DNA of 64,000 nt from the human T2T-CHM13v2.0 reference genome, Homo sapiens. The notes beneath the pieces are model-generated. The model saw nothing but the letters and a program-made list of their open reading frames with translations, was not told where the DNA came from and searched no databases. This document shows positions 13,206 through 25,548 of this stretch, one piece after another (the stretch's first letter is position 1; each line of letters starts with the position of its first letter). The stretch lies in NCBI RefSeq assembly GCF_009914755.1, contig NC_060942.1. One strand, 5' to 3'. The position numbers were made by a program, and so were the translations under genes.

Positions 13206-14744
13206 TGTTGCAGGATCCTTGGGGTGTTGCTTTTCTAGCCAGAAACCTCTGTGACTGGTAATGTCTTTGCCTGACTTTTGCTCATGCATGCTTGGCTTGT
13301 TCTGCCCTGCCCACTCGGCCTTGCCAGCTGTGCTTGGCTCATGCTACCAGCCTGGATCCCATGCCTCCAAGGGCAAGCCAGGTGTGCAGCAGTAAGGGGT
13401 GTGTGAGCGAGTGAGCATGGGGTCCAGCCACTGTGCACAGTCAGGCACACAGGCTGCTACAGTGGGGTGGACAGCTCACAGGCGTTGGCTCTCTGCAAGG
13501 CTGTGGCTGGACCAGCTGCAATGCAAGCAGCTTCCCTGGTTGGCACTGGGAAATGTAGTGGCACCCAGAAGCTCAGAGACACTAGAATCTGCAGGGCCTC
13601 AAAGAGGGAGTCACAGCCGTGGCTTGGGGCCCCTAGGCCTGGGATCCCCCCAGGGGCACAGCTCTTCTCTCCCTCTCTTTGCCTGCAATGTGATGAGCAA
13701 AGGGCATGTTTCAGCCATTTGTGTTATAGCTCTTCTAGCCTTACCATCTGGTAGGCCCCAAGTTACTGTCCTGCGACCAGGAAGAATGAGCACACAGACA
13801 AGTGGAGTGTGAGCAAGACAAAGAGGAGCTTTATTGAGCAATAGAACAGCCCAGAGAACTGCTGTGGGTAGCTCCTTTCTGCACCAGTGTGTCCCTGTGA
13901 ATGTTCAGCCCTCAATAGAGAGGAGGCAGCCCTGGGGTGGGTGGCTCCTCTCTGTTGGCAGATCATCCCATTGTCTCTGAAGCTCTTAGCAGAGAGGAGG
14001 ACCTGGAGTGGGTTGCTCCTCTCTGTAGCAGGTCATCCCTGGAGTGGGAAGCTCCTCTCTACTACTGGTTGTCCTGATGTTTTCCAGCTATTGGCAGAGA
14101 AGCTATCTCCTCTCTGCAGCTGGTTATCCATCATCTGCTCAGCTCTGGCTGAGCCCAGGGCTTTTATAGACCTCAGAGTGGAAGAAGTGCATGCTGATTC
14201 ATCCATGGGCAGCCATGGGCAGTCCTGGAAAAGGCACCACAAGTTCCAAATACAGTCCATGGGACTGGTAGCCCAGCTCCCAGCCTTCAGGTCCTCCCTG
14301 GCCTGAAGGTGAAGCCTCACTGGGGACCCACCCCCTTCTGTCCAGGAACCTGTCTGCCTCCTGCTGCAGTTCATGGAGTCTGGGCTCTCCCCAGCTTTGC
14401 TCCAAGATTGTAGTGGGCCTGGCAGCAGGGAGAAGCCAGGCAGTGGGAATAGACACTTCCAAGCCTGCAAGGACAGGGAGGGCCTTCCCAAGCTGCAAGA
14501 GTGCAGGGATGCCTGGGTCTGCAACGACAATTGGGCAGCTGCAGCTGCACACAGGATAACAGGGCTCCTGCCTGTTCCATGGAGCAGCAGCCTGGGTCTT
14601 ATAGCCACGATTTGGGTAGGTGCAGCTGCACCCAGGAGGGTGGGGCTACCACCTGCTCCATGGAGTGTGCAGCCAGGTCAGCACTTCCATGCTGCAGCCA
14701 GCATGATGACAGTGGCAGGCCATCTAGAGTGGCTGCTGCCATCA
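13206..14744 (-). mobile_element. MER52-family ERV1 solo LTR (~1.5 kb, GC-rich)
   Basis: Minus strand starts TGATGGCAGCAGCCACTCTAGATGG and ends CACCCCAAGGATCCTGCAACA, with a minus-strand AATAAA (TTTATT at 13830-13835); explains the ORF cluster. Confidence 0.85.
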
Positions 14745-15091
14745 CTGATACAAATGGCACTGGTACCTCTGGAGAAGGATCTAAGGGGATTTTGAATGCA
14801 CACCTGTGGCTGTGTGTGCAGAGCATTTCCTCATAGGGAATGAGCCTCTTTCTCAATCAATAAACTAGTTCTGTGAGATTGCTTAGTGCTGTGAGCTAAG
14901 AAAGAGATTGAGAATCCATATGGTGGCTATTTCTGTCTACCAGACCTAGGATATTTCAGCCTATTTAAGCCTTGTAGGTATTACGCATTATCTTAATACA
15001 AAGCCTATTTACTTCCTTCTTGGGCACCTGTGATCAATCAGCCATCACCACAGCTCCATGTATGTGAACACATTTTGATTAGCACTCCTTT

Positions 15092-15270
15092 CCTCTAGCT
15101 CATATTTGGCTGTATATTAGAAACACCCAGGGAGTTTGGAAAAGCACTGTTGCCTGGGCCTCACCCCAGACCAATTCAGTCAAAACCCCTGAAAGCAGGA
15201 GACAGGAATCTGTACTTTTAAAACATACAGAAGGTAAGTAAAATGTGCAGCCAAGTTTGGGAAATGCTGC
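15092..15270. mobile_element. MER5A/B hAT-Charlie MITE
   Basis: 'ttggctgtatattagaaacacccagggagttt...ctgggcctcaccccagaccaattcagtcaaaa...gtgcagccaagtttgggaaatgctg'. Confidence 0.85.
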
Positions 15271-16371
15271 TCTGTTGTGCTGTGATCATTTCACTCACCT
15301 TGTCTCTGAAGGTGAATTGTTACCACCTGATTGGTATAGCTCTATGATTTCTTCATTCACACTGAGACCTGATAATTCAATATTAAAGCAGGATCTCTGG
15401 TCCAGGAAAACATAGTCGCCATAGAACATTTCAAAGATTAATATCCACCTTGCTAAGCCATCCCCTGAACTTAGTGAAGAACGTGTCCTCTCATGAGTTG
15501 TGGTGAAAGAGTAGTTAGTCAGATCCCAGAGAGTATGATGCCCTTGAACATCCTCATCTCCCTGTATCTTCAGTTCCTTTCTCTATAATGTGTTAAAGCA
15601 GGTCTTGTTTCAAAATTACATTGACTAAAAATATAGCAGACTGTAGATGCTATTACACAAATGCTCAAGTCCTCTAGGCAACTCACTGCATCCTGAATCC
15701 TAGAAGAATAAATCTATATCAGTGAGCTCAAATAAAATATCACTGTGCTATTATTGATCTAACAATCTTAGGGCAGCTTCTATACAGGCACTCCTAACTT
15801 CTGCTTATAAAAAAATACATGGCCATGTTGTTTATTTATGAATGTATGCATTGGTTTGTTTACTTATTTTACGCTAGATCGTTTTAGGCTACTTTTCTAG
15901 CATATGCTGGGATCTAAGTATTATTACAGACCTAGAAGTAGTAAGGAGAAGAGGGGGGAAAGGAAGAGAATCAGAAATGGCAACAGATGCTGTTATTATT
16001 GAAAGGTCGTTCAGAGAAGACTGGTTTCTTCAGATAGGAGTAGGGATACAGGAGGTATGACAGTAGCTGATTCTGACAGCAAGGAAATTTCAGGGGAGCT
16101 TGTGGTTCAAAGTTGCAAGCTTCATTTATGTCTGTCTAAACGTTCTCAATCCCTATCTTAAGGTCCCACTCCCCATCAGTTTCTTATCTTAACATAATAG
16201 AGCTGAAAGTATTTAGTATTTAATTGGAGCTGCAAACACTGCAACCCTTACAATCAGGATGTGAGCTTAGCTGACTCTTACCTTTCATTTTATCGCAGAA
16301 GAGTGCTTCCTTCAAAGCTGCCTTAGAGGCTTCCTGACTTTCCACGCATGTTCTGAACTGTCTCAACAATC

Positions 16372-16938
16372 CGATTCCTCAAGGATCTAGAACTAGAAAT
16401 ACCATTTGGACCCAGCCATCCCATTACTGGGTATATACCCAAAGGATTATAAATCATGCTGCTATAAAGACACATCCACATGTATGTTCACTGGGGCACT
16501 ATTCACAATAGCAAAGACTTGGAACCAACCCAAATGTCCATCAATGATAGACTGGATTAAGAAAATGTGGCACATATACACCATGGTACTATGCAGCCAT
16601 AAAAAAGATGAGTTCATGTCCTTTGTAGGGACATGGATGAAGCTGGAAACCATCATTCTCAGCAAACTATCTCAAGGACAAAAACCCAAACACCACATGT
16701 TCTCACTCATGGGTGGGAATTGAACAATGAGAACACATGGACACAGGAAGGGGAACATCACACACCAGGGCCTGTCATGGGGTGGAGGGAGGGGGGAGGG
16801 ATAGCATTAGGAGATATACCTAATGTAAATGACGAGTTAATGGGTGTAGCACACCAACATGGCACATGTATGCATATGTAACAAACCTGCACGTTGTGCA
16901 CATGTACCCTAGAACTTAAAGTATAATAATTAAAAAAA
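16372..16938 (+). mobile_element. 5'-truncated L1PA (PA4/PA5-like): ORF2 C-terminus and 3' UTR
   Basis: ORF 16406-16723 'DPAIPLLGIYPKDYKSCCYKDT...IDWIKKMWHIYTM' is L1 ORF2p; G-rich 3' UTR and A tail. Confidence 0.97.
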
Positions 16939-17236
16939 CTCCGTCAATTTGTCATTTTCAATGTGTACTCTTTGGGGAACCAGAAAAAGCAACCAGCTGA
17001 TCCCATAATCACTATAATTACTGTAATTATTTCCCTTTAAACTACATACCTTTATTGTCCTTTATTCCTGCTTCTACTAGGTTATTTGAATAAGTATGAT
17101 GGCATGCATCCCATGGATTGCCAGGGACACATTTTCACTGGCAAAGATGAGACCCACACAGTCATTGAACATTTGAGTTGCCTACCCAAGAATCCAATAA
17201 AAAGAGTTTGTTTTCCAGGTCCATTTTTCTACCACT

Positions 17237-17668
17237 TGTTTAATTTGTCACAGTCCTAGCAGAAGACATCGCACATGCATTTTACACAACAAATTAAGGG
17301 GAGTTTAATAAAGAGAATATTTATGTTTTAGAGAGAATTGAGGGAAAGCAAGGGATGGCCAAACTTCCAAAGGATGGAGAAGCTGTAATCGCAGGAAGAG
17401 GCTTCCTGTAGGAGCTGTGCCCTTTAGCAGAGGGAAATAATCAACCTATGACAAACTGGCAGAGAAGCAGTCATGATAATAAATGTTTAACCTCAAACTC
17501 CTCTCTTCCTTTAATTTGTTACCAGTGCTTTCTATTTGATAAACCCACTCAGAATCTAGAGGGCAAGATGCCCCACTGATGTAGTTCTTATGGGGAGTTT
17601 CCCGTACACTAAGGTGGAGAAATGTGGAGGACAGATTTTGATTGGTAAATGCAAAATGTCCTGTTTCA
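17237..17668 (-). mobile_element. ERVL LTR (LTR33/LTR41-like), 5' LTR of the provirus
   Basis: Collinear motifs shared with 7731-8214 ('taggagctgtgccctttag'/'taggcactgtggcctttag', 'aacctcaaactcctctcttcc'/'aaccttaatctcctccctcc'); adjacent PBS-like sequence. Confidence 0.65.
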
Positions 17669-17727
17669 GATGCTTTATTTATACTCCTTCTAATAACAGC
17701 TACCTTGAGATTGATTAAGCTCCAAAT

Positions 17728-18180
17728 ACTAGTTAGGATATTGGTTTAACTGCCATAATAAAAAGCAAATTAATAATTAGGTATAATAGAATTTATTTTT
17801 GTGTGTGTAATAGGTAATGTAAGCAATCCAAGCATGACACAGTGGTGTAAATAGGGTTGGGAACCCAGATCTTCCAATTTTGTTAATGAACTCTTCTTGG
17901 GTCTTGCTCTTACCTGCATAATTCACCACTAAACCTGTATCCCATCCAGAAGGAAGGAGTAAAAAGAAAGTGAAGTTCATGTTTATTCTTTTTGATGGAA
18001 CAACCTCGGAAATGTTATTGTTTCTATTAATATTAAAATCATGTTGTCCAAAACATAGTTACAAGGGCAAAATTAGCAACAGTAAGGTAGGCTGACTAAC
18101 TACACATGTTTTGCTGGTTCCCAGTATGCTCTCGACTCAAAAAGTCTATTAATAAAAGATGGGTGAATAAGTGATGAGCT
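17728..18180 (-). mobile_element. Old MaLR LTR (MLT1J/L-like)
   Basis: 'agttaggata..ggtttaactgccataata', 'ggaacccagatcttcc', 'aaaacatagttacaagggc...ctattaataaaagatgggtgaat'. Confidence 0.55.
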
Positions 18181-19284
18181 AATTTATTTTTATATAGAAA
18201 ATATTTTTAAGAATTCTAAGTTCCTGCCCAAATCAACAGAGTTCATTTATAGATGACAAAAAGTAACATAAACAATTACATTTCTCATTATATAATAGAC
18301 TATTAGAACCAAGGAGAATATAAAATGATTTAATCCCAAATGTGTATACGCCTGAGAATAAGGTGTGTCCTAGAAAATAAAAAAAAAAAACAAAGTTATC
18401 TAAGGTCACGAAGCTACTTACCTGACAGAACCAGGATACATCATTACTCTTACTTTATGGCTTCTCTCCTTTCTACTGGTCTGTGCTGCTCATCATGTTA
18501 TATCGAGGTGTTGTGTAGGAATGAAAAGGTAGGTGGGATGTCGTTTAGCAGTGGGACTGTAGCCCACAATCTTATAAGAAACCCACAATCTGATAAGAAA
18601 ACATGTATGCAAATAGTTAAGAATAAAGCAAAGCATAATAAAATAAATGTTTTCATTGACTATAAAGACAAAGAAAATATGATACACCCTGATGTATGAA
18701 AGATAGCATACTCAATGCATGAAGTATCTTTTGAATTAGGAATATTTTATAACATAATATCATAACATTTTAAAAATAATAAACTAAAAATTATATACGT
18801 TCTCTTAAATATTTTTAAATACTTTAAATTTGGCTACATTGGACAAGAAATGTAAACCCTAAACTTTGATAAGACAACATTTAATTTACAGCAATGTGTT
18901 GAATACTTTATTAGCATACATTTATATTTCTCCAAAAATGCAAGTATAATTTATTTTTATAATCAGCATTTACTATGGTCAAGTTTTTTTGTCCAAACCA
19001 TGGGTTTCAAATGGCGAACTCTACAGAACTTTGTCTCCAAGGAACTGAATAAAATGTATTTCATTGACTCCCAGTAAATCAATACACATAAAGTGCTTAA
19101 AATTGTGCAGAGTATATTGTAAATGATACATGGGTGTTTGATATTGTATTGTTTTTACTCATAATGGATAAGCACTTCTTTAATTTTGTTAACATTTTAT
19201 AAACACTTACTAATCAAGACATCCGCAAGTGTTCCACTGGAGTCATGGTTGCCATCTCTACATGTCAACTTTCTGATATGAATA

Positions 19285-19995
19285 AATGAATTCATTCACT
19301 GGCAATTTTTGAGTAACATTTTGCTGATGGTCACTGTGCTATATTATGGATTCTATTTTATGCAGATACAGAAAAGAATAAGATAGGGTTACTGTCCTCA
19401 AGGGGTGATGAGGGATGGAGAATAAATTATAAAATCTCATAAATACGGTGTGTGCTAGCTCTATAGAGAGAGTTATGGCTAATTTTCCTTTGGGAGGAAG
19501 ATAATTCAAGACATATCTTTCTGGATTGTGGTGCGTGAACTGAAACTAAAAAGGTAAAGGTCTTCTTGCCAGACACATGTGTCAGGAAGGGGAGGAGATT
19601 AGTAGGACTTGAGTGGAGCTTGTGCACTTCAAATATACACAGGAGCAGGAAACAATGGTGAAAAAGCATAATGACTTTGGAGAGCTTGAAATAGTTCTGT
19701 TACAGGATGCAGTTCTGAACAGAATGAGGAGTAAGGAGTGAAAGGAATGCAAAAGCCAGTTCTTGAAAGACCTTGTATGTTAAGGTGAAGGGTTTGACTT
19801 TCTCCTCTAGTCAAATGAAAGCCATTTAATTGGGAGTAAAATAACAAGATTTGACCTTTACAAAGACTCTTCTGTAAAGGTATAAAGTAAAGATCCAAGA
19901 GTAGCAAAATTGTGAGAAATCGTTACACGATATTACTGAAATCTAGAAGATGAAAAGTATATGAACCAAGATAGCAGGTAATGGAAATAGAGACT
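19285..19995 (-). mobile_element. L2 LINE remnant
   Basis: 'aatgaattcattcact...cactgtgcta...gatacagaaaagaataagatag..ctgtcctcaaggg', 'ccttgtatgttaaggtgaagggtttgacttttc'. Confidence 0.7.
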
Positions 19996-20984
19996 TTTTA
20001 AAAGAAACCTGTGGCTGCCAAGTCTCAAATTAAAATTAAGGTGCATTTCCATTCATTTAGGAAACAAGAGATCATATGTAGAATATCCTATATATAAACC
20101 TTGATTGGTGCTAATTAGGATAAAAATAAACAAATACATACTATATGAATACATATATGTGTGTATATATGAATTGCCACACCTTAAGAAGTAGTAGTAT
20201 TTTCTTTTCAGCTTTTGTGGAAAAGTTTATTTCAAAAAATGTAATATTTTCTTTCCAATTTTTGAGGGAATAGAATGTGTTTCCATTTTTGCAAAGTAAT
20301 TTTTAGACTAGTCAGCTGGCAGTATTTGATCTGAAGCACATCAGTTCATTTTTTTTCCCTAGATTATTATAATCCAAAGCAAACAGATTTAGGGTGTACT
20401 GTTACCACCACTGATGTTTCACTGTGATGTAACTTATTGTTAGTGAATTTACTCTGAACACCAGACTTGGGATTTGCCCATAGAATTGATAAAACATGAC
20501 AGAGCAGGTCACCCTCACTATTGTTGCCACTGATCTTTAATGCTAATCTGAAGGGTCTCTCTCTCTCTCTCTTTGAATTTTATTCCTAAGTCTAATAACA
20601 ATTAGAAAAAAAAGTAGACTACTAAAAGTAGTCTCTCCCTCTGGAGAGAAGAGAAATGTTCAGCCTGGATGCTCACCTGACACTGGCCTCTGTGCAGACA
20701 CCAATAACTACTTTGTCAATTATAGTCAACAAAAACTGCTGACCTTCATAAATAATAGAACATTTAATTTAAAAGAAATATAGTTTCTATTATCCTTTGC
20801 CTGCTCCTAGTTACTTTTTGATTCAACTATATAAATATATCTAATTTCTTGATGAAGATTCATGTTTTCTGATATCTAACATGGAAGTTTGGGACCAAGG
20901 GGCCAAATTTGTGTGGAAAACTTTATTCAAATATTATTGAGAGTAGATAATCGAATAAAAGAATATCAGTTTTATCTGAAATAT

Positions 20985-21640
20985 TCAGAGAAGACTACTG
21001 GCTAAGCTGAAATTTGAAATGGATTTTGGAGGAAGGAAAGAAGTTTTTTCAGAGATAGAAAGTCATCTCTTGTATAAATTCTGCTATAGCCCAAATCAAT
21101 ATGTAATAAATACAAGATGAACTCAACAGACAATATTTAAAATATCACAATTTGGATTAGAGGGTTCAGAAGGGACATTTTAGATAAACTTGAGAGGGCA
21201 GCGGAGATTAGATTGCAGAAGCTTTTGAATTGCAGACATAAGAATTTGAGAATTATTATTTAGTGTGAGTAATTTTATAAGCAAGAAGACAACATGATTA
21301 AAGAGGCTTTTTAACAATATTATACTGGTGACATTTATGCAGGATGAATTGATAGGAAGGGAAAACAAGAATGGCACAGCTCTTCAGAACTTTTCAAATT
21401 TTCAAGTATGAAGAAACAAGGTCTAAAGGTAGCATTTACAAAAAACAACTGTAAACAATAATTCAAAGATACTAGTTAAATTTTATCATGACTTTACTGG
21501 GAATAAAATAAATAATAGGATTAAATATAATTTTAAGGTATTAAACTTGGAATACTATGGACTTAGTATTTTACTTAATAATTGTAAGAAATGAGAAGAT
21601 TGTTTAAACATATTAGGGTTGAATTAGTCACAAGAAATAA
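20985..21640 (-). mobile_element. L2 LINE remnant
   Basis: 'aagctgaaatttgaa...', 'gattgcagaagcttttgaattgcagacataagaatttg', 'acatgattaaag'. Confidence 0.55.
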
Positions 21641-22206
21641 AACTTAAAATTTCCTTAAGAAATACATAATTAGAATTTAAATAAGTGGTACTAATGATAA
21701 CAAGATGAGAAAGTATGACATATTTCTTAGGGAAGAAAAAGGGATGAATATGCCGTAGACAAAGAAATAATAAAGAAAAGTTATGACAACACTGATCAGT
21801 TTTTCTTCCTCCAGGATACTAACATACTTTGTGCATTCATAGTCAACATAGGGTTTTCGTTCTTGTTTTTTTTCACAGTCTTGCATATGAACTCATATAT
21901 AGTTATAATTCTCATAGATTATGAATGACCTCCAGAAGAATGAACAAAATACGAGGACATTCTTAGCAAAGAATGAGGTCATATGAGGTGAGTAAATAAT
22001 CTGAAGAATTGAGACCATTAATTCAAAGTAAATAAATTACTATGTCAAGTAGCATGGGTTATAAATGACTTACGCAGGAAAACATAGTGAGGCCAAGGAA
22101 GAAATATCCCATGACACAAGATGTTCACATTGTCATGTATTATTTGGCTGATTTATTTTAGAAAACGATATCTAAGTGTGTTCTCTTAATAGCAATTAAT
22201 AAAAAA

Positions 22207-22420
22207 AGTCACTTTCTAGTCCTTCTCACATACCCCCTATATTCAAGCCACCAGTGGTGCAATGAGGCATTCTCTCCTTCAAATCTCTTGAACTTCTCTT
22301 CCAACACCAGCCGGAGAAAGAGGCTCTCATTTTGAAGGGCCCCTGTGATTAGATTGCAACCATTCGAATATTCTCTTTTGATTAGCTCAAAACTGACTAG
22401 TAGCCGTCACTACATCTGAA
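22207..22420 (+). repeat. Local direct duplicate (copy 1) of 22856-23072
   Basis: ~215 bp aligned by eye with 9 substitutions and 2 small indels. Confidence 0.95.
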
Positions 22421-22571
22421 TAACAAATTCTTTTTATTCACCTTTAGGAGAAATGCAAAACTGGTTTCCAGAAATCTCATAAGGAGTGGATGATATGGCA
22501 TCAATAGAAAACATGTTAACAGGTAATTAATCTCCCCAACAAAACCCCAACTGACAAAATGTTTATGAAAG

Positions 22572-23167
22572 TGTTTCAGTTTTCTATTGCTGTATAAAAA
22601 ATTACCACAAAATTTGCAGCTTAAAACAATATCTGTTTTTTAGTCTCAGAGTTTTCTAGGTCAGAAATCCAGTCTGGCTTGACTAGTTTCTCTGCATAGG
22701 GTCTCTCATAAGCGTGAAATCAAGGTGTCAGCCAGAGTAAGAATCTGCTTTAAAGTTCACTCTGATTGTTGGCAGGATCCAGTTGCTTGTGGCTATAGGC
22801 CCCAAGTACCTATTGCCTTATTGGCTGTCAGCTGGGGGCCTGTCTCAGTCTCCAGAGTCACTTTCTAGTCCTTTCCACATACGCCCTACATATTCAAGCC
22901 ACCAGTGGTGCAATGAGGCATTCTCATCCTTCAAATCTCTTGAACTTCTCTTCCAACACCAGCTGGAGAAAGAGGCTCTCATTTTGAAGGGCCCCTGTGA
23001 TTAGATTGCAACCATTTGAATAGTCTTTTTTGATTAACTCAAAACTGACTAGTAGCCGTAACTACATCTGAAAAACACCTTTTTGCCCTACAACATAACA
23101 CAATTACAGTCCCAGAGATTATAAAGAGAAACCTTAGAGGGGCCACTTTGGAATTCCGCCTACCACA
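22572..23167 (-). mobile_element. MaLR solo LTR (MLT1E-like)
   Basis: 'tgtttcagttttctattgctgtataaaaaattaccacaaa...gaaatcaaggtgtcagccag...ttggcaggatccagttgcttg...gaattccgcctaccaca'. Confidence 0.85.
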
Positions 23168-25252
23168 AGGAATGTTTGTTTTACTTTACATTTAAATAGA
23201 ATTTATTTACATTACATTATTTACATTTAAATAGAATTTAAAATTTGTCAAGATCTCACAAATGTAGTTTTTTTCATATTTCTTAGAATTTTCTATTTAT
23301 AGTCAGCCCATTGTCTTTACTACCTCCATTTTTTCTCAGATATTAATTTTTTTAAGTTCAGTGTCTCACTTTCATAGTGATTTTCTATAACTCAAAAACG
23401 TACTGCTGTGAGGGCCTAGAAGGGATGGAGGCAGCGCTTGTTTTCTGGCTGTTGGTGGGCTTTCCCCCAAGGTTAGCAGTTTCTTGGAGCGTTCCCCTAT
23501 GATTTAGTCTCAAAGACAAAATTAAATAGCCAGTAAATCTTTGAGACCCTATCACAGAGCATGCATTTTTGTAAGAGATGTATTGAGATAGAAAAAGATG
23601 TACAGATGTATAAGACATGTTTATTTGCTTTTAAGGGGCTTATAATTTTGACATGGAAGCGATAGTAAATAGTGAGTTCACTCAATAAATATATATCCAA
23701 TTTATTTTAATTGTCAGCTAATGTGGTACTTAGATAAAAACAATCAATATGAACACAATCTCTGCTCTAACAAAGGTTAAAAAACTGGTAGATGATACAT
23801 AAAAATAAAGAAGCATTTATAATTAGGTATGAGAAGTACCACAATGGGTAGACAGTAGTTGGCTATAGGAGGCATTGTAGGTTAAAACACTCTGGAAGTG
23901 GTAGGGATGTAGATGGCCATGAAACAAGTGCCTTCCTAGTCTGAGATCTGAAAAAACAAACAACAAAAGACTTATTCTGATAAATTATTCCCTGGTGTTT
24001 TAAGGAGAGCTGTTTCTCTATGATTTGAAGTCTCACCTCTGTATCTATATCGGTTTCTTTGGTTCTGGCCTTGGTCATATTCTGAGAATCACAGTATTCA
24101 GGCAGATTAGTTAACTCTCATATGAGAATACAGTTTCTATCACAATTTGTTATGTGGCAAGGCCATGCTGATATATACAATAATTGCTTTTTAATAATAG
24201 TGTTTCCTATATGACAAGTGAATCTCTGAAGACTTTTAATAAATAATTAAGTACATGGGAGCAACTATATTCTACGTTTTATGTAACTATATAAATGTGT
24301 TTCCTTTTATTTAACTATAGAAATATTTGGCACATTTGAAAATTTTAAAAGATAAAAGCATAAGGGAAAATTTACCTTTGAAACTTAAGTCAGCCAATAA
24401 ATTATAATTCATTGATTAGTGCGTTTTCTTCATCTTCAATTTCTAAGGAAAACAAAAATTTTGGACATAGTTTAGAAGTCCCCAAAGTATCTCAATACTT
24501 CCCAAAAGAATCAGACTACATCCTAACTACATGGCTGAAAAATGAAATTACAATTCCCCAGTAATCTAAGGGAAGAAATACTTATATAGAAGAATTTCAT
24601 TAAGTAAAGGTTTTATTTCCTTATTGAAACTGAGCTGTATTTAATCAAGGCCTGAACTAACAATTTTCTATTATAGGTTTGTTTGTTTGTATTTTTTTTA
24701 AAAAAAGCTTCCCCAAATGGCTTTCTGTTTCTCAGTACATTCAAAATTATTGAAGTTTCAAATCTCAACTAAGACAGTATTTTCACAGGTTAATTCAAGT
24801 GGAAGGCTGAAAGAATATACCATATAACCGAAACAAAAACAACTCTAAGTTAACATAAATAATCAGCTTGAGTTCTCTGTATATTAAGAAAAAAAGAAAA
24901 AGGAGAGGAGTAGATGAATCTTTTTGTCTTTAATCTTTGTTTGTAGAGATAAAAGACACTTTTAGGTAATCCCATACCCTGATCAGAGTGTGACGAACAG
25001 TCAGGGTATCTCTTGATTATCTTTCAATGCCAAGTAAAACTTTGCTTTCTGTCATCTACCCTAAAGGTATACTGGAAAGAATTACAAGAATGCTCCTGAA
25101 TGAACATATGGTCAAATTAAGATGGATTAGATACTGAGCTTTACACAATAAATTGCAGGTTTAACTGTCTGAAGCAATATAGTACCTATGGCCTTATTTT
25201 ACGACACTTATATTTATAGAATCAATTCAAATAGGACATTATCTAAGATATC

Positions 25253-25548
25253 TTTTTTTTTTTTTTTTTTTTTGAGACGGAGTCTCACTCTGTCGCCTAG
25301 GTGCAGGGGCACAATCTCGGTTCACTGCAAGCTCCGCCTCCCGGGTTCACGCCATTCTCCTTCCTCAGCCTCCTGAGTAGCTGGGACTACAGGCGCCTGC
25401 CACCACGCCCGGCTAATTTTTTGAGTTTTTAGTGGCGATGGGGTTTCACCATGTTAGCCAGGATGGTCTTGATCTGCTGACCTCGTGATCCGCCCGCCTC
25501 AGCCTCCCAAAGTGCTGGGATTACAGGCGTGAGCCACTGCACCTGGCC
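25253..25548 (-). mobile_element. AluY with a 6-bp internal deletion
   Basis: AluY diagnostics 'gcaagctccgcc', 'ttcacgccattctcc', 'ttagccaggatggtc'; lacks CTGGAG; short ATATCTTT TSD. Confidence 0.93.

Larger units (their letters stand above)
8215..17236 (-). mobile_element. Decayed ERVL internal region (gag-pro-pol; ERV3-16A3/ERVL-like), interrupted by seven insertions
   Basis: Minus-strand ORF fragments resemble ERVL pol as I recall it: 'FLKDKLFH...DGVFGF' (11832-12026) vs KVKDKLLH..LVGLFGF; 'TWGVFHDHLMVKEKT..KWRT' (10761-11015) vs SWGVPYDQLTEEEKT..KWTA; PBS-like AGTGGTAG next to the 5' LTR. Confidence 0.75.

Noticed and set aside
13235-14856. Cluster of overlapping 67-191 aa ORFs on both strands
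   Set aside because: They lie within or overlap the GC-rich MER52 LTR, where stop codons are rare; no recognisable domain or splice structure.
16406-16723. 105-aa ORF with clear protein similarity
   Set aside because: C-terminal fragment of L1 ORF2p in a 5'-truncated, frameshifted copy; not a host gene.
16778-16800. G-quadruplex-like G tracts
   Set aside because: The ordinary G-rich tract of the L1PA 3' UTR.
16356-16947. Possible TSD of the L1PA (AACTGTCTCAA / AACTCCGTCAA)
   Set aside because: Three mismatches in 11 bp is too many for an element this young, so I did not call it.
23457-23468. NF-kB-like GGGCTTTCCCCC in a small GC-richer patch
   Set aside because: A single imperfect motif is expected by chance; no supporting cluster.
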